A stretch of 32,982 nucleotides of DNA from the sequence record SRR31156797_9514; one strand, 5' to 3'. Below, one piece after another: positions 1-8,433 of the stretch. A program made the position numbers and the translations under genes. The notes under the pieces are model-generated. The model did no database searches and had not been told where the DNA came from. It was given only the letters and a program-made list of their open reading frames with translations. The stretch's first letter is position 1; each line of letters starts with the position of its first letter.

Positions 1-220
1 TGTATAGAGACTAGAACTATGAGCATTTATAAAGGAACTAGGGATCAGGTTGGATTCGTGCGGATCAAACGGACATAAATGATTGGGGAAGCTAAGAATG
101 ATAAGGGGTTTGGGCTGAAATAGCTTGAACCCCTTTTTTGTTTTTTGGTCTTTCGACAGGTCTTTTATGGTTTGAGCATTCCTTTTTAAATCTTAAATTT
201 ACGTCTAGCAAAATGAGCAC
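1..220 (+). repeat. Left end (attL) with three putative transposase-binding sites L1-L3
   Basis: Terminal TG; TGAGCA cores at 20-25, 173-178 and 214-219, all in the same orientation. AAAATGAGCAC (210-220) is identical to a right-end copy. Confidence 0.8.
103..146 (+). terminator. Intrinsic terminator facing into the phage from the left end
   Basis: AAGGGGTT-TGGGCT (103-116) pairs with AGCTTG-AACCCCTT (122-135), using G-U pairs possible only on the + strand, followed by T-runs. Confidence 0.65.
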
Positions 221-268
221 AGCGACTGTTTGTGCAAACGGCGTTTAAACCGCGTTTAAACGTTTAAA

Positions 269-1219
269 TTAATCGCCTATGTCTTTGGCTATGTGAACCA
301 CTTGGCCTACTACTTCAAACTGGTGCTGTTCTTCTTTAGGAATAGAAACAGTTTCATACATTGGGTTGTCGCTAATCATACGCCAGCTCCCAAGTGCGCT
401 TTGGTATCTCTTAACGAAAAGCTCATCACCATTCCTGAAAATGTATATGTGCCCGTCTGCTGGTATGTTCCTGCCAGTATGCACAACAAGCGTATCGTTG
501 TTGTGTATGGTTGGCTCCATGCTGTCACCCTTAGCCCAAACAATGGCTAAGTCTTTCTCTGTGAAACCGCGCCACTTCAACCATTTTCGTCTAAATGCTA
601 GATATCTGGTTGGTTCTAGTTGATCTTGGCTGAGAGAGCCGTGACCAGCAGATACTTGAATTTTATAACCAGGAATTAAAGCGAAGTCTTTAAGATATGA
701 ACTCTTTAGGTCTGATAATAAAACTTCAAACTGTTCATCAGTAACCTTTTTAGAGTCTGTTATGTTGCTATTGATTAATATGGTCTTAGTTGTTTCTGAG
801 CAAGTACTGAATACATCTTTTAATCTGTAGTACCTATCCTTAATGCCATCAACGCTAACGGAAGACATTTTATCTAGAGCCTCAATGAAGTCATCTCTAC
901 GAGAAAGAAGAGCTACAGCCCTGTCATTGTCGATAAATTTATGATTTTCATCATCATATATTTTACCTCTTCCGGTAAGTATCCATCCTGCATTAATGCC
1001 TGTTTTTTCAGATATTTGCATGATTTTGCTTGCTGTAGGCTCTCCTCCTGTAAGGTATCTCTTTAAGCCGGAAACTGACATTCCTACCTGTTTTGCAAAA
1101 GCGTTTGGGTTTCCTGCTGAGTCAACAAGAAACTGGATTCTATCCTGGATGGATTCAGAGCTTTCAAGTTTGCGCTTCAAACTAGAAAGCTCCTTTAAAG
1201 TTTTTTCAATCTCTTCCAT
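269..1219 (-). CDS. Phage repressor, N-terminal HTH plus C-terminal S24 peptidase (CI/LexA-like)
   Basis: HTH (NAFAKQVGMSVSGLKRYLTGGEP), Ala-Gly cleavage site (VSAGHG), catalytic Ser (GDSMEP) and Lys (FVKR). Divergent from ner at the Mu c position. Confidence 0.9.
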   Translation of the reverse strand: MEEIEKTLKELSSLKRKLESSESIQDRIQFLVDSAGNPNAFAKQVGMSVSGLKRYLTGGEPTASKIMQISEKTGINAGWILTGRGKIYDDENHKFIDNDRAVALLSRRDDFIEALDKMSSVSVDGIKDRYYRLKDVFSTCSETTKTILINSNITDSKKVTDEQFEVLLSDLKSSYLKDFALIPGYKIQVSAGHGSLSQDQLEPTRYLAFRRKWLKWRGFTEKDLAIVWAKGDSMEPTIHNNDTLVVHTGRNIPADGHIYIFRNGDELFVKRYQSALGSWRMISDNPMYETVSIPKEEQHQFEVVGQVVHIAKDIGD

Positions 1220-1399
1220 ATGAACATAACCATTTGATAATTAACGAATAAACTCTATAAGAGCAATTTAATAAACTTTAAAGAGGTAATTAATGCACTT
1301 TTTAAAGTTGACAATGAACTTTTTAGCGTTAGTATTTAATTCGTTAGGTTGCTCTATTGAGTTAATTAAATGAGTAACAAGTGAGTATAGAGGCTTTTT
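1220..1399. promoter_or_regulatory. Divergent immunity region: early promoter and palindromic operator array
   Basis: AT-rich. TTGACA at 1308-1313 with TAGTAT at 1330-1335. Imperfect AACTY-N4/5-RAGTT palindromes start at 1251, 1274, 1296, 1317 and 1350. Confidence 0.65.
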
Positions 1400-1657
1400 A
1401 TGGATCAGCAAAGACACTTTCAGATTACGAAAGACAATGGGGATTGGAAGGATGAGTTCATTCTTGCAGCTTTAAAGTCTGAGGGGTGGACCTATGCAAG
1501 CTTGGGTTCAGCTCACGGATTGGGGAAAACAACGTTACGTAATGCTATTCGAGCATCTTGGCCCAAAGGCGAAGACATTATTGCGTCAGCAATTGGTGTT
1601 GAGCCAGGGACCATCTGGCCTAGCAGATATCTATTGAAAGAAGCTAAGCGAGGTTAG
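1400..1657 (+). CDS. ner: Ner-like transcriptional regulator
   Basis: DW...ILAALK...TLRNAIRASWPKGEDIIASAIGVEPGTIWPSRY matches the Ner/Nlp signature; lies just upstream of the transposase. Confidence 0.92.
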   Translation: MDQQRHFQITKDNGDWKDEFILAALKSEGWTYASLGSAHGLGKTTLRNAIRASWPKGEDIIASAIGVEPGTIWPSRYLLKEAKRG

Positions 1658-1659
1658 AT

Positions 1660-3651
1660 ATGGAATGGTATGCAGCGTCAGAATTGATAGGTCTAGCTGG
1701 ACTGCCTAGTACAGTTCAAGGGATTAATTATAAAGCTAAGAGTGAAAGCTGGATGGCTAGACCTAGAAGTGGTCATGGTGGTGGTAAGGAATACCACGTC
1801 TCCTCACTTGCCCCAGTGGTGCAAGCTAGCTTGTATCACAGAGAAGGAAGAATCAAAGTCGGTGACTTAGTTCTTGAGTTACCAAAAAAGAAAAGCCAGC
1901 AAAGTTACTGTCGTGAGGCGCTTTGGAACCGTTGGAACAAAACCAACAACAAAGCGAAAGACAAGGCTCAGCAATCCCTCAAAGCTGTTCAAGCCGTCTT
2001 CGCGCTAAAAAGTAATGGCATCAGTTTGATGGACGCATACCACTCAGTTTCAAAAGAGTATGACGTTCCTTTCTCTACCCTTCGTCGCCACTGTGCGGCT
2101 GTGAAAGGTATTGATGAATGCGATTGGGCACCCGCTCTGCTTCCTAAGCAGTTCGAAGCAGCACAAGCACAAACCAAAAAGGCTAAACAATTTGCGTATA
2201 TCACGCCTGACGCTTGGGAGTTCTTCAAGTCGGACTACCTACGGTCTGAACAACCAGCAATGTCAGCTTGTTACGAACGCCTTAAAGATGCTGCTGATCA
2301 GAATGGATGGGAGTACCCAAGCCTTAAAAGTTTGGAGCGTCGTCTGAAACATGAAGTGCCTAAACCACAAATCGTGATGTTGCGACAAGGCGAACACGCG
2401 TTACATCAGTTGTATCCACCGCAAGAGCGTACTGTGGAAAGTCTCCACGCGCTGCAATGGATAAACGGCGATGGCTACCAGCACAACGTGTTTGTTAAGT
2501 GGTTTAACGGTGAAACTCTTCGCCCTAAAACATGGTTCTGGCAAGACGTATACAGCCGCAAGATCGTGGGTTGGCGTTGTGATGTCAGCGAAAACACAGA
2601 CAGCATTCGCCTTTCATTAATGGACGTGTGCGAAAAGTTCGGTGTGCCAAAAGAAATCACATTGGATAACACCCGTGCAGCCGCGAACAAGTGGATGACA
2701 GGCGGCGTTCCTAACCGTTACCGCTTCAAAGTCAAGGAAGATGATCCACTTGGCATCATCCCAATGATGAATATCAAACTGCATTGGTCAAGCGTGATTC
2801 TTGGTAAAGGTCATGGTCAGGCAAAACCGATTGAACGTGCGTTTGGTGTGGGCGGTTTAGAAGAGTACATCGACAAACATCCGGCATGTCATGGCGCTTA
2901 CACGGGTTCAAATCCGATGGCGAAGCCAGACAACTACGGCAGCAAAGCAATTGATGCAGAAGTGTTCCTTGAAGCAATAGCCAAAGGCGTCGAAATGTTC
3001 AATGCCAAAGCAAACCGCAACACGGAAATTTGCCAAGGCTTTATGAGTTTCAACCAAGCATTCAATGCCAGTTATGAATCTGCGCCTATCCGCAAAGCAA
3101 CACCTGAGCAGTTGCAAATGATGATGCTGCAAGCAGAAGCGGTTCGCGTTTCTAAACACGGAACCATCGTTCTTGATGCTGGCGGAACATTGAAAGGTCG
3201 TAAGAACCGTTACCACCACCAAGTGATGATGGACTACGTAGGTCAAAAACTCGTGGCACGTTTCGACCCTTTGAAGCTGCATGAGTCGGTAGAGATTTAC
3301 ACCCTAAACGGTGTGCATGTTTGCTCTGCGGAATGTTTGGAAAAAGTGGGCTTTGGCGATACGCAAGCGGCTCGCGAGCATAAGCGTCACCGCACTCAAG
3401 CAACCAAAGCGCACAAGATTGCTGCGCAAGCACAAACCACCATGGATGCAATAGAACTGGCTGCTTTGATGAAGCCGCTTGAAGAAGAAGTGATCCCTGA
3501 AACCAAAGTGGTTGAACCGTTCCGACCTGTGGCAATTGGTAACACCGCTGCCGTGATTCACCACCAGGAAGAAACCGAAGACGAATACGAATCCGCTTAT
3601 GCCAACAGCATTGCATCGCTATTGGAACAACGCGCTAAAAACCGCCTTTAA
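1660..3651 (+). CDS. A: Mu-type DDE transposase A
   Basis: 663 aa. N-terminal Mu DNA-binding domain (GGGKEYHVSSL), DDE motifs WINGDGY / ITLDNTRA / AKPIERAF, and C-terminal RFDP..LH motif. Confidence 0.96.
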   Translation: MEWYAASELIGLAGLPSTVQGINYKAKSESWMARPRSGHGGGKEYHVSSLAPVVQASLYHREGRIKVGDLVLELPKKKSQQSYCREALWNRWNKTNNKAKDKAQQSLKAVQAVFALKSNGISLMDAYHSVSKEYDVPFSTLRRHCAAVKGIDECDWAPALLPKQFEAAQAQTKKAKQFAYITPDAWEFFKSDYLRSEQPAMSACYERLKDAADQNGWEYPSLKSLERRLKHEVPKPQIVMLRQGEHALHQLYPPQERTVESLHALQWINGDGYQHNVFVKWFNGETLRPKTWFWQDVYSRKIVGWRCDVSENTDSIRLSLMDVCEKFGVPKEITLDNTRAAANKWMTGGVPNRYRFKVKEDDPLGIIPMMNIKLHWSSVILGKGHGQAKPIERAFGVGGLEEYIDKHPACHGAYTGSNPMAKPDNYGSKAIDAEVFLEAIAKGVEMFNAKANRNTEICQGFMSFNQAFNASYESAPIRKATPEQLQMMMLQAEAVRVSKHGTIVLDAGGTLKGRKNRYHHQVMMDYVGQKLVARFDPLKLHESVEIYTLNGVHVCSAECLEKVGFGDTQAAREHKRHRTQATKAHKIAAQAQTTMDAIELAALMKPLEEEVIPETKVVEPFRPVAIGNTAAVIHHQEETEDEYESAYANSIASLLEQRAKNRL

Positions 3652-3675
3652 ACCTGATTTAAACGAGGACTAAAT

Positions 3676-4620
3676 ATGGACAACGTAGTGGCCTTAGCTA
3701 AGGCAGAAGTAAAAGAGACTGACATCCTTATGCGTATCAAAAGCGTGTTGGAGTCAAAAGTAATTACATCCGCACAAATGGCAAAAGAGATCAGCGTTTC
3801 ACCTGCTGCTTTAAGTCAGGTTATTGCAGGTAAGTACGCCGCAGACCCTAGCGCGATCATCGAAAAACTTGAGAACTGGTTACGCTTGAGTGATGAAAAA
3901 AAGGCAACGCCAAATATCAACCCTGGCTTTGTTATGACGGAAACCGCACAGCTAATCACTCGCGATTTAACTTACGCACAAGTAACGGAATCAATCGTAG
4001 TTATCTACGGAGCTTCAGGTGTTGGTAAGTCAGAAGCGTTGCGTGAGTACAAACGCAAGAACAACAACGTGTGGATGGTGACAGCCAGCCCAAGCCGTTC
4101 AAGCCTCACTGAATGTATGTACGAAATTGCCATGGAACTAGGGCTTGATGATGCACCTCGCCGCAAAGGTCCTCTTTCTCGCGTAGTGCGTAACCGCCTG
4201 AATAGAAGCGAAGGCTTAGTGATTATCGACGAAGCCGATCACCTTGATTACCCAACACTGGAAGAGCTTCGAATTCTTCAAGAAGAAACAGGTATTGGCA
4301 TGGTGTTCGTGGGTAACAACAAGGTTTACACCCAGCTTACTGGTGGTCGCCGTAATGAAGACTTTGCTCGTCTGTTCTCACGCATTGCGAAGAAGCGCGG
4401 CTTGCATAAAACCCGCCTTGCTGACGTTCGAACTATCGCTCAGGCGTGGCAAATATCTAGCGAAAAAGAAATGAACCTGATGGTGCAAATCAGTGAGCGC
4501 CCAGGTGGATTGCGTCTGCTTACCAAAACTCTGAAATTGGCGGCGATGTTTGCCAACAACAACCCGATTACAGAGAAGGTATTGCGCCAAGCGTTCAACG
4601 AACTAGAAGCGAATGAGTGA
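3676..4620 (+). CDS. B: MuB-like AAA+ transposition ATPase
   Basis: N-terminal HTH, Walker A GASGVGKS, Walker B IIDEAD; follows gene A. Confidence 0.95.
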   Translation: MDNVVALAKAEVKETDILMRIKSVLESKVITSAQMAKEISVSPAALSQVIAGKYAADPSAIIEKLENWLRLSDEKKATPNINPGFVMTETAQLITRDLTYAQVTESIVVIYGASGVGKSEALREYKRKNNNVWMVTASPSRSSLTECMYEIAMELGLDDAPRRKGPLSRVVRNRLNRSEGLVIIDEADHLDYPTLEELRILQEETGIGMVFVGNNKVYTQLTGGRRNEDFARLFSRIAKKRGLHKTRLADVRTIAQAWQISSEKEMNLMVQISERPGGLRLLTKTLKLAAMFANNNPITEKVLRQAFNELEANE

Positions 4621-4628
4621 GGTGTGTG

Positions 4629-4907
4629 ATGGCTAGAACCAAATACAGCTACAGAGGCGTTGAAGGTTTAAAGGCGATTGCAGCGAAGTACGGCATTAAC
4701 CCTGAAACGCTTAGGCAGCGAATTGTTAACCAAGGCATGAGCATCACTGCCGCCATCAATGCTGGTGATGGTCGTTTCTCTCAAAAAGAAGCGCGTGAGA
4801 AACGCAAAGTTAACTACAGCTTACCAAGACAACAAGTCGGCATTAAGCACCCTGATCTATTAAGCCCTTTCTGGAAGTTGGCACTGGGTATGGGAGAAGC
4901 GATATGA
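4629..4907 (+). CDS. Hypothetical protein, possible HTH DNA-binding
   Basis: ATG 4629 follows GAGGTG; HTH-like LKAIAAKYGINPETLRQRI; ATGA overlap with the next gene. Confidence 0.65.
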   Translation: MARTKYSYRGVEGLKAIAAKYGINPETLRQRIVNQGMSITAAINAGDGRFSQKEAREKRKVNYSLPRQQVGIKHPDLLSPFWKLALGMGEAI

Positions 4908-5143
4908 CCTTTAAAGCAATCGTTCGTTGTGATGCCGAAGGCTGTTGTCAAGAAGTAGAACTTGAATGTTGGGATGCTGCGGACGCTGAGGAAGCAGTTA
5001 TCAAACTTGATGAAAGCACTGAATGGTTCGTTGACTACGGAGCTTGTGATCACTACTGCCCGAAGCATGCGAAAAGCGCTAAAGACTCATACGAAGAAAG
5101 CAACCCAAAGCCAACTGGTATCTATCAAACATTGGTCGGATAA
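4904..5143 (+). CDS. Hypothetical acidic protein with possible Zn ligands (CDxxxC...CPxH)
   Basis: SD GGAG, tight packing within the operon, Cys/His pattern. Confidence 0.6.
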   Translation: MTFKAIVRCDAEGCCQEVELECWDAADAEEAVIKLDESTEWFVDYGACDHYCPKHAKSAKDSYEESNPKPTGIYQTLVG

Positions 5144-5154
5144 GGAGCACCGCA

Positions 5155-5478
5155 ATGATGAAATCAAATGAAAAGCGCAGAGCCATTGCCAACGCGCTTG
5201 AGCAGTTGAGACGTGAAGGTTCTGCGATTCTGAATATTGCAAACCACACAGTATCAGCACCCGTGATTACCGTTGATGTTCCGCCAACGTGGTTACTTAA
5301 AGGCTCTGTTCCTATCCGCGAATGCATTAAAGGCATTCAGCGTGACATGTCGGTTAACCGCTTAAACGGTTGTCTGGTTCGTTGGGCTAGCGATGAACTG
5401 CCAGAAGTTTGCCAAATTACTCAAAACCTAAACCCATATGCGCCAGAAATGATCGCGCATTGGCCTGTGAATCTCTAA
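5155..5478 (+). CDS. Hypothetical phage protein
   Basis: Strong SD TAAGGAG; fills the operon. Confidence 0.65.
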   Translation: MMKSNEKRRAIANALEQLRREGSAILNIANHTVSAPVITVDVPPTWLLKGSVPIRECIKGIQRDMSVNRLNGCLVRWASDELPEVCQITQNLNPYAPEMIAHWPVNL

Positions 5479-5487
5479 GGGAAAGAT

Positions 5488-5676
5488 ATGCGTACAGAAA
5501 CAGAAATAAGAGCACGTATTCAAGAGCTTGAATCAGATGAGCGACACGGATATGAACCGGCAAGTGTATTTGCCAACGCTCCTTTAGCAATCATTCAGGC
5601 AAGTATAAGCGCAGAGCTTCTAGGGTTGTATTTCGCATTAGGTGAAGTGCCACCACGTAAAAAATCAAACAAGTAG
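5488..5676 (+). CDS. Hypothetical protein
   Basis: SD AAGGG; fills the gap between its neighbours. Confidence 0.6.
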   Translation: MRTETEIRARIQELESDERHGYEPASVFANAPLAIIQASISAELLGLYFALGEVPPRKKSNK

Positions 5677-5685
5677 GAAGAAGTC

Positions 5686-6303
5686 ATGACTACCACTAAC
5701 CAACCACAAGAAGGCTTTCGCTTTAACTCACTTGGTCACCAAGTGCCAGAAAGCCAAATCAAAGACATCGACAAACTGCGTGATGAAGTTGTCATGGGCA
5801 TTGTCGAAAAGGCGAAAGAAGCACAAACCATGATGGCGCAATTCAAAGGCGAAGCCATGGCAGAAGTGGCTGACTTCGTAGACCTAAGCTCAGCCGAGTT
5901 TGATGTGAAGTATGGCGGTACTAAGGGCAACGTTACGCTTTTGTCGTTCGATGGCAAATACAAAGTCCAACGCTCTATTGGCGAGCACCGTGTGTTTGAT
6001 GAACGCATTCAGGCAGCAAAGGCAAAGATTGACGAGTGCATTATGCGTTGGTCAGAAGGTTCTAATGACCACATCAAAGCCATTGTTGAGCTGTCGTTCC
6101 GCGTCAACAAACAAGGTCACATCGATGTGAACCAAGTGCTCTCACTGCGTCAGTTAAACATTGATGACCCTGACTGGTTAGAAGCGATGGATGCCATTGC
6201 AGACTCAATGCGCGTAGTGGGCAAAACACCATACCTACGTATTTACGAACGCCAAGGTGATGGGCAGTACAAACAAATCGCTCTCGATATCGCCAAGCTC
6301 TAA
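5686..6303 (+). CDS. DUF3164 family protein of Mu-like phages
   Basis: GGxKGNVTLxSFDG...FDERIQAAKAKIDEC...W motif; typical size and position. Confidence 0.85.
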   Translation: MTTTNQPQEGFRFNSLGHQVPESQIKDIDKLRDEVVMGIVEKAKEAQTMMAQFKGEAMAEVADFVDLSSAEFDVKYGGTKGNVTLLSFDGKYKVQRSIGEHRVFDERIQAAKAKIDECIMRWSEGSNDHIKAIVELSFRVNKQGHIDVNQVLSLRQLNIDDPDWLEAMDAIADSMRVVGKTPYLRIYERQGDGQYKQIALDIAKL

Positions 6304-6312
6304 GGAGCCGTT

Positions 6313-6804
6313 ATGCAAATCGAGACTCGTTATGGAAAGGTCTACTTAACCCACCATGCATCAACTAGATGGGTTGAGAGAACGGGACGAAGTCTTGAGG
6401 AATTGGTTGCTGCTATTCGCTGTTCAGTCAGGCCAACGAAGCAGCAACTCAACAGGATAAATAAGCGCACCAGAGGGAAAGAACTCAAGCGCGTTCTGGA
6501 ATGCGATGTCGCTTATTTCATCCTTTGCAAACAAGTCATCGTCACTGTTTATCAAAAGGGAAAGCATATGCAAAACGAACTGCAACGTTCATTCACCACG
6601 CCGCACACCTATGGCGCACTTGAGCGCGAAATTGAAATGGCAGAAGCGTTGGTGGAGAGCCAAGGAACCGCGTTTCCTGATGGCACATTGGAAGAAGGTT
6701 TTATTGCTGGAATCAAGTTTGTTCTGTGCCGTGAAGGTTCATGTATCCGTGATGCCTACGAGGAAATGATGGATGGCAAAGACACCGAAGGTGAAGCCGC
6801 CTAG
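6313..6804 (+). CDS. Hypothetical two-domain protein (basic N half, acidic C half)
   Basis: SD TAAGGAG; possible internal in-frame start at 6568. Confidence 0.65.
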   Translation: MQIETRYGKVYLTHHASTRWVERTGRSLEELVAAIRCSVRPTKQQLNRINKRTRGKELKRVLECDVAYFILCKQVIVTVYQKGKHMQNELQRSFTTPHTYGALEREIEMAEALVESQGTAFPDGTLEEGFIAGIKFVLCREGSCIRDAYEEMMDGKDTEGEAA

Positions 6805-6964
6805 CAACAAATTGATCGCCCACATCATGCATCACAAGCGATGCACTCAAGAGGATGCGGAAAAGTGGGCTGATAGATACTGCGGGGATTGGCGGAATAC
6901 GCCTCTCCCCAAAGCCAAACGAATTAATTCAATTTCAAGTGATGAGAAGGAATGGGACGAATGA
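6773..6964 (+). CDS. Hypothetical protein
   Basis: SD GAGG upstream; ATGA overlap with the next gene. Confidence 0.55.
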   Translation: MAKTPKVKPPSNKLIAHIMHHKRCTQEDAEKWADRYCGDWRNTPLPKAKRINSISSDEKEWDE

Positions 6965-7641
6965 AAGAGAAGATTTTAGACAAAATCAAAAAGCTATTAA
7001 GGCTAGCTGCATCAAGCAATCCAAACGAAGCAGCATTGGCGTTGTCTCGCGCTCAAAAGTTAATGCAAGAGCATGGCATTCAAAGCGACTCACCAGAGCT
7101 TGCGGGTGTTAATGAGCAAGTCATAGATGCCATGTCGAAAGCCAAAACTCCAACTAAATATTTTGGGATGTTAGCGCACTCGATAGCAAAAGCTTTTGGT
7201 TGTGAATATTACCTACAGCCAACCTTCACAAATATGGGCGTTGTTTTTATTGGTCATGATGAGCGCCCAAAAATAGCTGGATATGTTTTCGCTGTTCTAG
7301 AGCGACAGCTTATGAAAGCGCGAAAGGAGTTTATTGAAAGCCTTAACTCGCGAATGAAAAAGCAAAACAAAACCAAGCGAGCTGACCAGTTTTGTGAAGG
7401 TTGGTGCATTGGGGTTTACAGAAAGATTGAGCAATTTGCTCTATCAGACAAAGAGCAACAAGAGATCCAAACGTTCAAGCAAAGCATTGACGACCTTTCA
7501 TCATGTAACGCCCGTGAAGCAAAAGGCTCTGGTATGGCGGCGGATGAATCAAAAAGGAAAGGTTATGCAGCAGCTAGAGATGTGACGCTCAACCACGGTG
7601 TTAGCGGTACTGAAACCATGAAACTTGGAGCAGCACTATGA
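6961..7641 (+). CDS. DUF2786 domain protein
   Basis: KILDKIKKLLRLA.S.NPNEAALAL..AQKLM N-terminal signature. Confidence 0.85.
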   Translation: MKEKILDKIKKLLRLAASSNPNEAALALSRAQKLMQEHGIQSDSPELAGVNEQVIDAMSKAKTPTKYFGMLAHSIAKAFGCEYYLQPTFTNMGVVFIGHDERPKIAGYVFAVLERQLMKARKEFIESLNSRMKKQNKTKRADQFCEGWCIGVYRKIEQFALSDKEQQEIQTFKQSIDDLSSCNAREAKGSGMAADESKRKGYAAARDVTLNHGVSGTETMKLGAAL

Positions 7642-8174
7642 AACTCACCCGTTGCCCTGTGTGCCATAGCCAAATCAGCCTAGATGCTTTGGTAGCTGAT
7701 GACTCAGGCCGTGAGCTGCTGGCTAAGGTTGCAAGCCTGCCTGATTTCGTTGCGCGTCCAATGCTGGAGTACTTGGGTTTGTTCCGTCCTGCGAAGTCTG
7801 ACTTATCGCTAACCAGAACGTTGCGCTTACTGACTGAAGTCACGGATGAGTTCCGAGCAGATCATGTACTGGCTTCCGCTTTGGTTGAGTGCGTGAACAA
7901 GCTGCGTGAAAAACGTATCCAGTACAGCGACACCAAGCCACTGGCTAACCACAACTACTTGAAACAGGTTTACCAGACCACTGCGGTTCGCAATAACGTC
8001 AGTGCTAAAACGTCATCCGTTCAGGGAGAAAAACAGGAAACGACCAAACCGGATGATAGTGATTGGTACATCCAACAAGCCAAACGAATGCAAGCTGCTG
8101 GGCAAGATCCACTTGGCAAACAAAGCGCTATTGCAGCCAAGCTGCGTGAATTGAATTGGAAAGCGGAGATTTAG
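7638..8174 (+). CDS. Conserved Mu-like phage protein with N-terminal CxxC
   Basis: MKLTRCPVCH...YLGLFRPAKSDL...PLANHNYLKQV pattern; SD GGAG; ATGA overlap. Confidence 0.75.
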   Translation: MKLTRCPVCHSQISLDALVADDSGRELLAKVASLPDFVARPMLEYLGLFRPAKSDLSLTRTLRLLTEVTDEFRADHVLASALVECVNKLREKRIQYSDTKPLANHNYLKQVYQTTAVRNNVSAKTSSVQGEKQETTKPDDSDWYIQQAKRMQAAGQDPLGKQSAIAAKLRELNWKAEI

Positions 8175-8177
8175 TAA

Positions 8178-8354
8178 ATGGAAATTAGAGAGCCGTCCCC
8201 ACAAGAAGAGTTGGAGTTTGCAGCTAAGGCTTTAGATGCAATGGTCGAGTCTGCTTTACAGCACGGATTCTTACTCAGATCTGAAGTTCTTGAAGCAATG
8301 CTTTTGATGATTAAAGGGAAAAAAATTGTGTATTTCCCAGAGCGTTACAAGTAA
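8178..8354 (+). CDS. Small hypothetical protein, 58 aa (not in ORF track)
   Basis: SD GGAG at 8165-8168, ATG 8178, MEIREPSPQEELEF...YFPERYK, stop TAA 8352-8354. Confidence 0.65.
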   Translation: MEIREPSPQEELEFAAKALDAMVESALQHGFLLRSEVLEAMLLMIKGKKIVYFPERYK

Positions 8355-8420
8355 GCGAAACAAGCAAGGTTCGCCTTGCTTGTCTGCCTAGCGTGGTTGC
8401 TAGGTACTGATGAGCAGCCA
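8355..8420 (+). ncRNA. Type II hammerhead ribozyme with loop I pseudoknot
   Basis: GAAA 8357-8360; stem III 8360-8369/8374-8383 with UUCG loop; GUC triplet 8382-8384; stem I 8385-8392/8399-8406; CUGAUGA 8407-8413; stem II GC 8355-8356/8414-8415; pseudoknot UGGUU 8394-8398 with AGCCA 8416-8420. Confidence 0.93.
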
Positions 8421-8433
8421 AGGGAGAAAGACT

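Noticed and set aside
8410-8433. Longer start for the Zn-finger ORF given in the ORF track
   Set aside because: ATG 8410 lies in the ribozyme core and has no SD; ATG 8434 has GGGAG.
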